A DNA stretch of 64,000 nt. Origin: Rhodothermales bacterium (GTDB taxonomy: Bacteria > Bacteroidota > Rhodothermia > Rhodothermales > UBA10348). The stretch is from the NCBI GenBank assembly GCA_024711125.1, contig JANJTM010000031.1, positions 34,059 through 98,058 on the forward strand, in the 5' to 3' direction. Position numbers and translations under genes: made by a program. Shown here piece by piece: positions 1 to 8,505 of this stretch (positions are counted from its first letter, which is position 1; each line of letters opens with the position of its first letter). The notes under the pieces are model-generated. The model was given only the letters and a program-made list of their open reading frames with translations, was not told where the DNA came from and made no database searches.

Positions 1-21
1 CCCGGTGCCAAGGCTCCCACG

Positions 22-1110
22 ATGCCGCCGGGAGCCAAGGCGCCCACCCTCCCTCCGGGGGCCCGTCCGCCGGCCGGTCCTCCGAAGCCCGGGGCCTCCG
101 GCGATGGTGCCGGTGCCGTATCCCGGCAGGACTTCGCCAGTGACCAGGACGTGCGCTGGTGCCCGGGTTGCGGCGATTACGCCATCCTCGCCACCGTGCA
201 GCGCCTGATGCCCGAACTGGGCATTCCGCGCGAGAACATCGTGTTCATCAGCGGGATCGGCTGTTCGAGCCGGTTCCCCTACTACATGAACACGTACGGG
301 ATGCACACCATCCACGGGCGCGCCCCCACGATCGCGACCGGGCTCAAGGCCAGCCGGCCCGAGCTCGACATCTGGGTGGTCACGGGCGACGGCGACGGCC
401 TGTCGATCGGCGGAAACCACATGATCCACCTGATGCGGCGCAACGTGAACCTGCAGGTGCTGCTCTTCAACAACCAGATCTACGGGTTGACGAAGGGGCA
501 GTACAGCCCGACCTCCGAGGCCGGCAAGATCACGAAGAGTTCGCCGTACGGCGCGATCGACCACCCGTTCAATCCGATCGCGCTCGTGCTGGGCGCCGAC
601 GCGTCGTTCGTCGGACGGTCGATGGACCGCGACCCCAAGCACATGAAGGAGATGCTCAAGCGCGCGCACGGCCACCGGGGCGCGTCGTTCCTCGAAATCT
701 ACCAGAACTGCAACATCTTCAACGACGGGGCCTTCTTCCAGTACACCGAGAAGGACACCAAGCCCGAGCGCGCGATCTTCATCGAGCATGGCAAGCCGCT
801 CGTCTACTCGGGCGGAACGAAGGGTCTGCGCCTCGAGGGATTCCACCTCGAAACGGTCGACCTGGATGGCGGGGCGTGGTCCGCGTCGGACTGCCTGGTC
901 TACGACGAAACCAGCTACGAGCTGGCCTCGATCGTCGGCCGCCTGTTCCGACGTGACGACATGCCGCAGCCCTTCGGCGTGTTCTACGCGAAGGAGCGCA
1001 CGACGTACGAGGACGCACTGCACGCGCAGATCGCCGAGATCCGCGGCAAGGCGGGCAAGGGCCGGCTGGAGGACCTGCTGCACGCCGGGGACACCTGGGA
1101 GGTGGCCTGA
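22..1110 (+). CDS. korB: 2-oxoglutarate:ferredoxin oxidoreductase beta (TPP-binding) subunit; the frame is open to the window edge, so the true start may lie upstream
   Basis: Translation has [46 protein letters not shown] and [15 protein letters not shown], the OFOR-beta motif set. The N-terminal leader is Pro/Gly-rich. Confidence 0.85.
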   Translation: MPPGAKAPTLPPGARPPAGPPKPGASGDGAGAVSRQDFASDQDVRWCPGCGDYAILATVQRLMPELGIPRENIVFISGIGCSSRFPYYMNTYGMHTIHGRAPTIATGLKASRPELDIWVVTGDGDGLSIGGNHMIHLMRRNVNLQVLLFNNQIYGLTKGQYSPTSEAGKITKSSPYGAIDHPFNPIALVLGADASFVGRSMDRDPKHMKEMLKRAHGHRGASFLEIYQNCNIFNDGAFFQYTEKDTKPERAIFIEHGKPLVYSGGTKGLRLEGFHLETVDLDGGAWSASDCLVYDETSYELASIVGRLFRRDDMPQPFGVFYAKERTTYEDALHAQIAEIRGKAGKGRLEDLLHAGDTWEVA

Positions 1111-1193
1111 CGGGCGTATTGCGACCACGGGCTCGTTTCCGTATCTTTCCCGGCTCTGAATCCTCGCACGACCGGCTCTCTCGGCCGACTCCC

Positions 1194-1400
1194 ATGAAGA
1201 AGGACATCCATCCCAACTATCACTTCGTGACGGTTCGGCTGGCCGACGGCACCACCGCCACCATGCGCTCCACCATGGACGGCAAGGAGTACTCGTCGGA
1301 AGTCGACTCGACGAACCATCCGTTCTACACGGGCCGTCGCCAGTACGTCGATACGGCGGGCCGCGTGGAGAAGTTCATGCGCCGCTACGGCAAGCAGTGA
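1194..1400 (+). CDS. rpmE: 50S ribosomal protein L31
   Basis: [14 protein letters not shown]...[25 protein letters not shown] is a canonical L31. I chose the ATG at 1194 inside the longer 1119 ORF. Confidence 0.9.
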   Translation: MKKDIHPNYHFVTVRLADGTTATMRSTMDGKEYSSEVDSTNHPFYTGRRQYVDTAGRVEKFMRRYGKQ

Positions 1401-1421
1401 TCCGGTTCGCGCACGCGACGG

Positions 1422-1459
1422 GAAGGGCGGTCCGCGCTGCGGGTCGCCCTTCGTCATTT
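1422..1459 (+). terminator. Putative intrinsic terminator after rpmE
   Basis: GAAGGGCG (1422-1429) pairs with CGCCCTTC (1445-1452) and is followed by GTCATTT. Confidence 0.4.
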
Positions 1460-1467
1460 ACGGGGGT

Positions 1468-2796
1468 ATGAATCCGTTGAACGTCGTAGAGACCATCATC
1501 GCCAAGCGGGACGGGCGAACGCTTGCCCCCGGCACGATCACGCGGCTCGTCGAGCGCTTCACGGCAGGCGAGGTCCCGGACTACCAGGTCAGCGCATTCC
1601 TGATGGCCGCGTTCCTTCGGGGTCTCGACGCGGAGGAAACGGCCGAACTCGTCCGCGCGATGCTGCACTCGGGTACGGTGCTCGATCTTTCGGACCTGCC
1701 GGGCGGCAAGGTCGACAAGCACTCCACGGGAGGAGTCGGGGACGGGACGTCCCTGGTGATCGGGCCGCTCGCTGCCGCCTGCGGCGTGGTCGTCCCGATG
1801 ATATCGGGCCGCGGCCTCGGGCATACCGGGGGCACGCTCGACAAGCTCGAGTCGATTCCCGGGTTCCGCACCGACCTCGACCTGGGGCGTTTCCGGTCCC
1901 AGCTAGAGCGCCTCGGGGTCGCCATGATCGGACAGACGGCCGAACTGGCTCCGGCCGACCGCCGGCTCTACGCCCTGCGCGACGTGACCGGGACGGTCGA
2001 GAGCATCCCGCTGATCGCGGCCTCGATCATGAGCAAGAAGCTCGCCGAGGGCCTCGACGGGCTGGTCCTCGACGTCAAGTTCGGGGGCGGGGCCTTCATG
2101 CGCGACGTGGAGGACGCGCGCCGACTTGCCGAGACCCTGGTGGAGGTGGGTGAGGACAACGGATGCCGCAGCGTGGCGCTCCTCACGTCGATGGAGGCGC
2201 CACTCGGTCTCGCGGCGGGAAACTGGTGCGAGGTGGCTCAGGCGGTCGACTGTCTGCGTGGCGGGGGGCCGGACGACTTCCGCGAACTTACCCTGGCGCT
2301 GACCACCGAGATGATCGTGATGGCCGGGGTGGAACCGGACACGGACCGTGCCCGGACACGGGCAGCGCGCGCCCTTGCCGACGGCAGTGCTTTCGAGCGC
2401 TTCCTCCAGGTCGTCGAAGCCCAGGGCGGCGACCCCCGATCCCTCGAGTCCCCGTGGGAGCGCACCGGATTCGCTCCGGTCATCGAGGTTCGCAGCGAGA
2501 CCGAAGGAGTCGTCACAGCCGTCGATGCCCGCGCCGTGGGGCGTATCTGTGTCGACCTGGGAGCCGGCCGTACGCGCCTGGACGACAGGATCGACGAGTT
2601 GGCGGGCGTGGTGCTCAACAAAAAGCCGGGTGATCTCGTAGCATGGGACGAGGTGCTCGCCCGGATCCACGCATCCCGGCCCGAGCGCGCCGCCGAGGTC
2701 GCCCGGTCCCTCCGGGATGCCATCGCGATCGGCGACGCCGCACGGGCCGAACCGCTGATCGCCGGCCGCTACGCCGCGGGCCGCTGGTCGGCCTGA
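1468..2796 (+). CDS. deoA: Thymidine/pyrimidine-nucleoside phosphorylase
   Basis: VPDYQVSAFLMAAFLRGL, KVDKHSTGGVGDGTSL and ISGRGLGHTGGTLDKLESIPGF are family signatures. Confidence 0.85.
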   Translation: MNPLNVVETIIAKRDGRTLAPGTITRLVERFTAGEVPDYQVSAFLMAAFLRGLDAEETAELVRAMLHSGTVLDLSDLPGGKVDKHSTGGVGDGTSLVIGPLAAACGVVVPMISGRGLGHTGGTLDKLESIPGFRTDLDLGRFRSQLERLGVAMIGQTAELAPADRRLYALRDVTGTVESIPLIAASIMSKKLAEGLDGLVLDVKFGGGAFMRDVEDARRLAETLVEVGEDNGCRSVALLTSMEAPLGLAAGNWCEVAQAVDCLRGGGPDDFRELTLALTTEMIVMAGVEPDTDRARTRAARALADGSAFERFLQVVEAQGGDPRSLESPWERTGFAPVIEVRSETEGVVTAVDARAVGRICVDLGAGRTRLDDRIDELAGVVLNKKPGDLVAWDEVLARIHASRPERAAEVARSLRDAIAIGDAARAEPLIAGRYAAGRWSA

Positions 2797-2887
2797 GGTG
2801 TCCGGATCCGCGGGCGATCCCCTCGATGTCCCGTTAGTATATTCACTCGCTACCGGCGGAAGCCTTCCCCACCAAAGCGCGACGGTT

Positions 2888-3652
2888 ATGTCACTCTGGG
2901 CACGATTCAAGCGGCTCATGCGCTCGATCTTCGGCGGTGCCATCTCGGCACTCGAGGATCCGAAGCTGATTCTCGAGCAGAACATCCGGGAACTGAACGA
3001 CCAGGTCCCGAAGATGAACGAGAACATCGCGACGGTGAAGGCCAACGTGATGCTCCTCCAGAAGGAGGTACGCAAGTACGAGACCGAAATCGCCGACCTC
3101 ACGTCGAAGATCAAGGCGGGTATCCAGGCCGGTCGGGACGACATCGCCGAGACCTACGCGCTCCGGCTGGACACGGCGCGCGAGTCGTTGGAGCGCACGC
3201 GGGAGCAGCTCAAGTACGCCACGGCCGCCTACGACAAGGCGCTCCAGGTGAAGAAGGCCTTCATGCGCGAGAAGGAGCGCAAGATCGCCGAGGCCAAGGA
3301 AGCCCTGCGCGCGCACGAGCGTGCCAAGTGGCAGGCGAAGGTCGCGGATACGCTGGAGAGCTTCGAGGTGGCCGGCATGGACGCCACCCACGACGAGATG
3401 CTGAACCGGTTGCAGGAGCAGACGGCCCGCAACGAGGCGCGAATGGAGATGGCGCTCGACTCGATCGATACGCAGGCCATGCGCATCGAGGAAGACGCGC
3501 AGAAGATCCGCGCTTCGGAACTCGTCAAGCAGTTCAAGCTCGAGATGGGCGTCGGCGACACCGGCCCGGCCCAGGCCGAACCGGCTATCGACCTGTCCGA
3601 GTCGGAGCAGGAAGGAAAGACCATCGGTCGCCAGCGTTCGAAGAACGAATAG
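2888..3652 (+). CDS. pspA: PspA/IM30 (Vipp1) family membrane-stress protein
   Basis: MSLWARFKRLMRSIFGGAISALEDPKLILEQNIRELNDQ aligns with the PspA N-terminus and is followed by a long coiled coil. The ATG at 2888 is preferred over the GTG at 2798. Confidence 0.8.
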   Translation: MSLWARFKRLMRSIFGGAISALEDPKLILEQNIRELNDQVPKMNENIATVKANVMLLQKEVRKYETEIADLTSKIKAGIQAGRDDIAETYALRLDTARESLERTREQLKYATAAYDKALQVKKAFMREKERKIAEAKEALRAHERAKWQAKVADTLESFEVAGMDATHDEMLNRLQEQTARNEARMEMALDSIDTQAMRIEEDAQKIRASELVKQFKLEMGVGDTGPAQAEPAIDLSESEQEGKTIGRQRSKNE

Positions 3653-3658
3653 CCTGCC

Positions 3659-4126
3659 ATGACCCCCGAGGAATACCAGCGCCTCAAGGAGGCTGAAAAG
3701 GAGCACCTGCGCAAGCTGAAGGAGCTCAAGAGCGCCGTGCGGCAGCTGGAGCGACAGAAGAAGGTCACTCGGGCCATCACGGACATCACCGACACGCCGC
3801 GCACGCTGCTGGACCAGAATGCCGAACTCGTCGAGCAACTGGCGATGGAAGCGGCACGGTCCGAGGCCAAGCTCGACATCGCCCTCGAGACGGCCGCGGA
3901 GCGGGAGGCGGCACCGTCTTCGTCACCCCAGCCTCCGATCGGCGAGGCTGAAGCCGAGGAGGAAATGCGCAGGCTGCGAGCGCAACAGCTCCTTCGGCAG
4001 CTGCGCGAAGAAACGGCGCCGACGTCGGTCCCCGCTCCCCCCGCCGCCTCTCCGCCCGCGAAGTCGGGGTCCGACGAGGGCCGGCGCGACCTCCCGGAGA
4101 AGACGATCGGAAGGATGAAACCCTGA
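3659..4126 (+). CDS. Hypothetical coiled-coil protein with a Pro/Ala-rich tail, 6 nt downstream of pspA
   Basis: The N-terminal half is heptad-like and charged. The C-terminus EKTIGRMKP echoes the PspA C-terminus GKTIGRQR. Confidence 0.55.
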   Translation: MTPEEYQRLKEAEKEHLRKLKELKSAVRQLERQKKVTRAITDITDTPRTLLDQNAELVEQLAMEAARSEAKLDIALETAAEREAAPSSSPQPPIGEAEAEEEMRRLRAQQLLRQLREETAPTSVPAPPAASPPAKSGSDEGRRDLPEKTIGRMKP

Positions 4127-4169
4127 TCGGCACCAGGCCGACCCCGCGCCACGGCGAACCCCGTCCACG

Positions 4170-5030
4170 ATGTCCGACCCGGAAATCAACTACAACAAGG
4201 AAGCGTTCCTGCACCCCTGGAACCTGACCTTCCTGATCGTCGCGATGCTGTCGGCTTTCGCGGTGGGGCTTCTCGGCGTTCCGGGCACCTTCGAGACGGT
4301 GTTGTTGTTCGCCGCCGCGCTGGAACTGTTGTACCTCGGGTACCTGCCACGGCAGGAGCGTTTCCGCAAGGCCGTGCGGGCCCGCAGGGCGGCGGAGCAT
4401 TCGAAGCCGCCGTCGCAGAAGGAGCTGTTCCAGCTGCTCACCAAGTACAGCCAGCGACGCTATGCCCGGCTCAAGAAATTCGAGAAGGAGATCCGGTCCA
4501 ACTACCGGAAGTTGAGCTACGCTTCTCAGGGCATGCTTGACAGCCACCTGACGAAGATCAACGGATTGCTCGAATCCTACCTCAGCCTGCTGTACCAGAA
4601 GGAACGGTACGAGTACACGACCAGCTCCACGGTGGAGGCCGACGTGATCCGCGCGATGCAGGGGCTTCGGGAGGACATGGCCGACGATACGCCGAGGGTG
4701 CGCGCGATCAAGGCGCGCCGCCTGCGCATCCTCGAGCAGCGGCTGGAACGCTCGAAGAAGGCCGCCGAGAACATGGAAATCATCGAGGCGCAGCTGGCCA
4801 CGGTCGAGGATGTCGTGATGTACATCCACGAGCAGTCGCTCACACTGCGCAATCCCGAAGAGATCACGTTCCAACTGGACACGCTGCTCTCGGAACTCGA
4901 AGAGACCCAGGCCTCGGTCGAGGCGGTCGAGGAGGTCTTCGCCCGACAGGGAGACCTGCTCGAGGACATGGACGCCTTCGATCTCGGCGGGACCGAGGAA
5001 GAAAAGACCAAGACCAGGGATCGCGCCTGA
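4170..5030 (+). CDS. Hypothetical membrane protein (two N-terminal TM helices plus a long helical cytosolic domain)
   Basis: Hydrophobic stretches LTFLIVAMLSAFAVGLLGV and VLLFAAALELLYLGYL are followed by a coiled-coil-like region. The C-terminus is EEKTKTRDRA. Confidence 0.6.
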   Translation: MSDPEINYNKEAFLHPWNLTFLIVAMLSAFAVGLLGVPGTFETVLLFAAALELLYLGYLPRQERFRKAVRARRAAEHSKPPSQKELFQLLTKYSQRRYARLKKFEKEIRSNYRKLSYASQGMLDSHLTKINGLLESYLSLLYQKERYEYTTSSTVEADVIRAMQGLREDMADDTPRVRAIKARRLRILEQRLERSKKAAENMEIIEAQLATVEDVVMYIHEQSLTLRNPEEITFQLDTLLSELEETQASVEAVEEVFARQGDLLEDMDAFDLGGTEEEKTKTRDRA

Positions 5031-5043
5031 TCCCGCCGCGCCC

Positions 5044-5826
5044 ATGACGTTCGAAACGCTGCTGGTTGACGTGGCGACCGACGGGGTCGCCGTCGTCACC
5101 GTCAATCGCCCCGACAAGCTCAACGCGCTCGATCGCCGGACGCTCGACGAGCTCGACACGTGTTTTTCGGCCCTGGCCGAGGATACGCGCGTGCGCGGGG
5201 TGATCCTGACCGGGGCCGGGGAGAAGAGCTTCGTTGCCGGGGCCGACATCTCGCAGTTCACCCGCCTCGATGCCCGTACGGCAACCGCGTTCGCGCGGCA
5301 TGGCCAGTCGGTATTCGACCGGATCGAGCGCCTCGGCAAGCCCGTCATCGCCGCGGTCAACGGATTCGCGCTGGGCGGCGGCTGTGAACTCGCCCTCGCG
5401 TGCCACCTGCGTGTCGCCTCGGAGAATGCGCGCTTCGGACAACCGGAGGTGGGCCTGGGTCTGCTTCCGGGGTACGGCGGCACGCAGCGCCTGCCCCGAA
5501 TCGTCGGTCGGGGCATCGCGCTCGAATTGATCCTTACCGGGAGCCATATCCCGGCCTCCCGGGCCTACGAAATCGGGCTCGTCAACCGGGTCGTCGCCGC
5601 CGATCGCCTCATGGACGAGACCCGCTCACTGCTCCAGTCGATCCTGAAGCAGGCGCCGATCGCCGTCGAACTTTCGATCGACGCCGTCATGAACGCCGAT
5701 CTGCCGCTCGAGCAGGGTCTGGCGGTCGAAGCGCTCGCTTTCGGACAGGCGTTCGCAACCGAAGACCTGAGAGAAGGCGTGACGGCGTTCCTCGAGCGGC
5801 GGAAGCCGGTCTTCCGCGGTTGCTGA
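5044..5826 (+). CDS. Enoyl-CoA hydratase/isomerase (crotonase) family
   Basis: VNRPDKLNALD, GAGEKSFVAGADI and AAVNGFALGGGCELALACHLRVAS...FGQPEVGLGLLPGYGGTQRL. Confidence 0.85.
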   Translation: MTFETLLVDVATDGVAVVTVNRPDKLNALDRRTLDELDTCFSALAEDTRVRGVILTGAGEKSFVAGADISQFTRLDARTATAFARHGQSVFDRIERLGKPVIAAVNGFALGGGCELALACHLRVASENARFGQPEVGLGLLPGYGGTQRLPRIVGRGIALELILTGSHIPASRAYEIGLVNRVVAADRLMDETRSLLQSILKQAPIAVELSIDAVMNADLPLEQGLAVEALAFGQAFATEDLREGVTAFLERRKPVFRGC

Positions 5827-5855
5827 TCGACGCGCAGGCTCCTTGCGGCCCGCGA

Positions 5856-6431
5856 TCAGGTACCGGGCTGCGAGGCGAACTGGCGTACGAGGCGCACGTG
5901 GAGTACGAGACGGGCAACGAGGCCGAGGCGGGCAAGCCGTGCATCCGGCATTTCGGAGAGCCCGGGCGGGCTCACACGGCCCATCCATAACGCCATCTTG
6001 TCGGCCAGCATCCGTTCTCCGGGGAGCTGGCCGGGGGCGAGGTGGGCGGTGTAGAAGGCCATCTTGCGCCCGAGCCGCTCGTAGACGGCCTCGGCCTCAT
6101 CCGGTGGAGCCGTCGCGCCGCGATCCAGCATCTCGCCGGCGACGTGGTAGTCCCGCCAGGTGAACGGCAGGTCGAGCAGCAGCCTCTCGCCTTCGGTCCC
6201 CAGTTCCGCGCGGTCCCCGAGTCCGAAGGCGGCGGCCCGCGCCGCGGCGGTGGCGACCAGGCATAACGTCTCTTCGGCCACGAGGTCGGCGCGGGCGTCG
6301 GGTACCCCGTCGAGGACGGCCGCCGCAAGATCCTGGGCCGTCGTGATCGTTCCGATCGAGGCGAAAGCGACCAGTGAGGCGAGGTGGCGCCGGTCGGCCG
6401 CCACAACCGGATCCGAGCTTTCCGGAGTCAC
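5856..6431 (-). CDS. Hypothetical protein, 4-nt overlap with the floA stop
   Basis: 191-aa ORF translationally coupled to floA. I recognise no motif. Confidence 0.5.
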   Translation of the reverse strand: MTPESSDPVVAADRRHLASLVAFASIGTITTAQDLAAAVLDGVPDARADLVAEETLCLVATAAARAAAFGLGDRAELGTEGERLLLDLPFTWRDYHVAGEMLDRGATAPPDEAEAVYERLGRKMAFYTAHLAPGQLPGERMLADKMALWMGRVSPPGLSEMPDARLARLGLVARLVLHVRLVRQFASQPGT

Positions 6432-7414
6432 TCGGCCCGCTTGGTTTCCTGCCCACCGATCGCGTCCCGCATGCGGGTATCGGCCTGGACGTTCTTCAGG
6501 TTGTAGTAGTCCATGACACCGAGGTTGCCGCTGCGGAAGGCTTCGGCGATGGCGAGCGGCACCTGGGCCTCGGCCTCGACGACCTTTGCACGCTGCTCCT
6601 CGACCGCGGCCCGCATCTCCTGTTCGCGCGCGACGGCCGACGCGCGGCGTTCCTCGGCCTTGGCCCGCGCGATCTTGAGATCGGCTTCGGCCTGGTCGGT
6701 CTGGAGCTTGGCCCCGATGTTCTCGCCCACGTCCACGTCGGCGATGTCGATCGAGAGGATTTCGAACGCGGTGCCCGAATCGAGCCCCTTGGCGAGCACG
6801 ACCTTCGAGATCGAGTCCGGGTTCTCGAGCACGGCCTTGTGGGTCTCGCTCGAGCCGATGGTCGAAACGATGCCCTCTCCGACGCGGGCGATGATGGTCT
6901 CTTCGCCCGCGCCGCCGACCAGGCGCTCGATGTTGGCCCGCACCGTGACCCGGGCGATGGCGCGCACCTGGATGCCGTCCTTCGCCACCGCGGAAACGGC
7001 GGGCGTCTCGATGACCTTCGGGTTGACCGACACCTGGACGGCTTCGAAAACGTCACGGCCGGCGAGGTCGATGGCGGTCGCGCGCTCGAACGACAGGTCG
7101 ATGTTCGCCTTGTCTGCCGAAATCAGCGCGTTGACCACCTTCTGCACGGCGCCGCCGGCGAGGTAGTGGGCCTCGAGCTGGGGGGCCTCCAGGTAGATGC
7201 CCGCCTTGTGCGCCGTGATGAGCGGCTTGACGATGATCGCGGGCGAGACCTTTCGCAGGCGCATTCCGACGAGGTCGCGCACGAGCTTGACGCGCACCCC
7301 GGAGAAGAATGCCGTGATCCAGAGACCCACGGGGATGAAGTACAGGAATACGATCAGGCCCAGGAGTACGAGGCCGATCACGAGCAAGCCGGTCGCGGTA
7401 AGCAGGGGTTCCAT
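6428..7414 (-). CDS. floA: Flotillin-like protein FloA (YqfA/UPF0365)
   Basis: Near full-length resemblance to Bacillus FloA, for example [31 protein letters not shown] and [28 protein letters not shown]. The start MEPLL was chosen inside the longer ORF. Confidence 0.85.
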   Translation of the reverse strand: MEPLLTATGLLVIGLVLLGLIVFLYFIPVGLWITAFFSGVRVKLVRDLVGMRLRKVSPAIIVKPLITAHKAGIYLEAPQLEAHYLAGGAVQKVVNALISADKANIDLSFERATAIDLAGRDVFEAVQVSVNPKVIETPAVSAVAKDGIQVRAIARVTVRANIERLVGGAGEETIIARVGEGIVSTIGSSETHKAVLENPDSISKVVLAKGLDSGTAFEILSIDIADVDVGENIGAKLQTDQAEADLKIARAKAEERRASAVAREQEMRAAVEEQRAKVVEAEAQVPLAIAEAFRSGNLGVMDYYNLKNVQADTRMRDAIGGQETKRAE

Positions 7415-7428
7415 CGGTGGGGTCCGGT

Positions 7429-7920
7429 TCAGAGGTCTCCCTTGCGGTAGTCGCCGCTGCGTCCGCCGGTCTTGGCGACCAGGTGGATGTCGTCGATGCG
7501 GATCGACTTGGAGACCGATTTGCACATGTCGTAAATGGTGAGAGCCGCGATGGAAACGGCCGTGAGCGCCTCCATCTCGACCCCGGTCGGGCCCTGGCTC
7601 TTGGCGAAGGCCCGGATTTCGACGGACGTCGATGCGTCGTCGAGCATGAGTTCGACGTCCACGCCGCGCAGGCTCACGTCGTGGCAGAGCGGAATCAGGC
7701 GACTGGTCTGCTTGGCGCCCTGGATCCCCGCGATCTGTGCCGTCAACAGGACGTCGCCCTTCTTGACCCGGTTTTCGCGGATCAGGCGGGCAGCCTCCTC
7801 CCCGACGACGACCCGTCCGGTCGCTACCGCCGTTCGCAGCGTCTCGGCTTTTTCCGAGATGTCGACCATGCGCACGCCCCCCCTCGGGTCCAGGTGCGTA
7901 AGCTCGGGAAGGTCAACCAT
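7429..7920 (-). CDS. moaC: Cyclic pyranopterin monophosphate synthase MoaC
   Basis: [45 protein letters not shown] and [24 protein letters not shown]. The ATG at 7920 gives 163 aa. Confidence 0.9.
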   Translation of the reverse strand: MVDLPELTHLDPRGGVRMVDISEKAETLRTAVATGRVVVGEEAARLIRENRVKKGDVLLTAQIAGIQGAKQTSRLIPLCHDVSLRGVDVELMLDDASTSVEIRAFAKSQGPTGVEMEALTAVSIAALTIYDMCKSVSKSIRIDDIHLVAKTGGRSGDYRKGDL

Positions 7921-7974
7921 GGGGTTCGGGTTCTTGGGTCGGGCGGTATACGCCCGATCGGCGGCAACGTTCTT

Positions 7975-8488
7975 GGGCGTGTTCACACTCCGGGTCCTCG
8001 TTCTTTTGCGACGCGCGTGATGCGATACGGCGAGCCGAAGAAGGACCTCGGCCGGCGCGCGATCGAGGGTCTGCGTCCGTACGGCCTCGAGTTGACAGCC
8101 GAATTCGGGGTCGGGGAGGAGGGGCTTCGGGGAGCGTCGGCCTGGTGGGGCGCCATTTCCTGCTCTCGGCGCGACGAAGTGGAAAATCGCCGCAGATTCC
8201 ACTTCCGCGCCCGAAGAATGGCCTCGGAAGTGGAATTTCGCCTCCTGTTCCACTTCCCTGACGAGGTCGTTCGCAACAGCACCACGAAAAGTCCGGCAGG
8301 CCCCGGGACGGGCAGCGTGGTGTAGCAGGCGTGCGCCGCGTGACTCCGGGGCCCGCCCATGGCCGGGAAGGGCTCCGCGCGGGTTCGAGTCCGCCCCCAG
8401 ATGGAACTTGGGGACGATTCCGCTTCGATCGGACCCCTGCAAGCAGGACGTGCCGGACCGGACGTCAACCGAGAGTGTGAACACGCCC
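7975..8488. repeat. Structured intergenic repeat element, copy 1 (MITE/REP-like), bounded by perfect 16-bp inverted repeats
   Basis: GGGCGTGTTCACACTC (7975-7990) is the exact reverse complement of GAGTGTGAACACGCCC (8473-8488). Internal hairpins lie at 8176-8205 and 8226-8257. Its right 77 nt are about 80 percent identical to 61772-61848. Confidence 0.65.
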
Positions 8489-8505
8489 CAGGAAACGACC
8501 GGGGC

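Noticed and set aside
8286-8330. RNase P RNA P4-like string GAAAAGTCCGG...GGGCAGCGTGG.
   Set aside because: There is an extra A relative to GAAAGTCCGG. No matching ACAGAACCCGGCTTA-type 3' strand is present, and only about 220 nt are available before moaA.
8320-8400. Possible tRNA, tRNA-Sec or tmRNA 3' end, suggested by GGTTCGAGTCC.
   Set aside because: The T-stem has two mismatches (GCGGG versus CCGCC). No acceptor stem complement, anticodon arm or CCA context can be found, and the 8/4 Sec geometry does not fit.
7965-8498. Target-site duplications flanking the three element copies.
   Set aside because: The flanks (cgttctt/caggaaa, ctctag/cggggca, caatcc/tgacccc) share no direct repeat, so a classical cut-and-paste MITE is not demonstrated.
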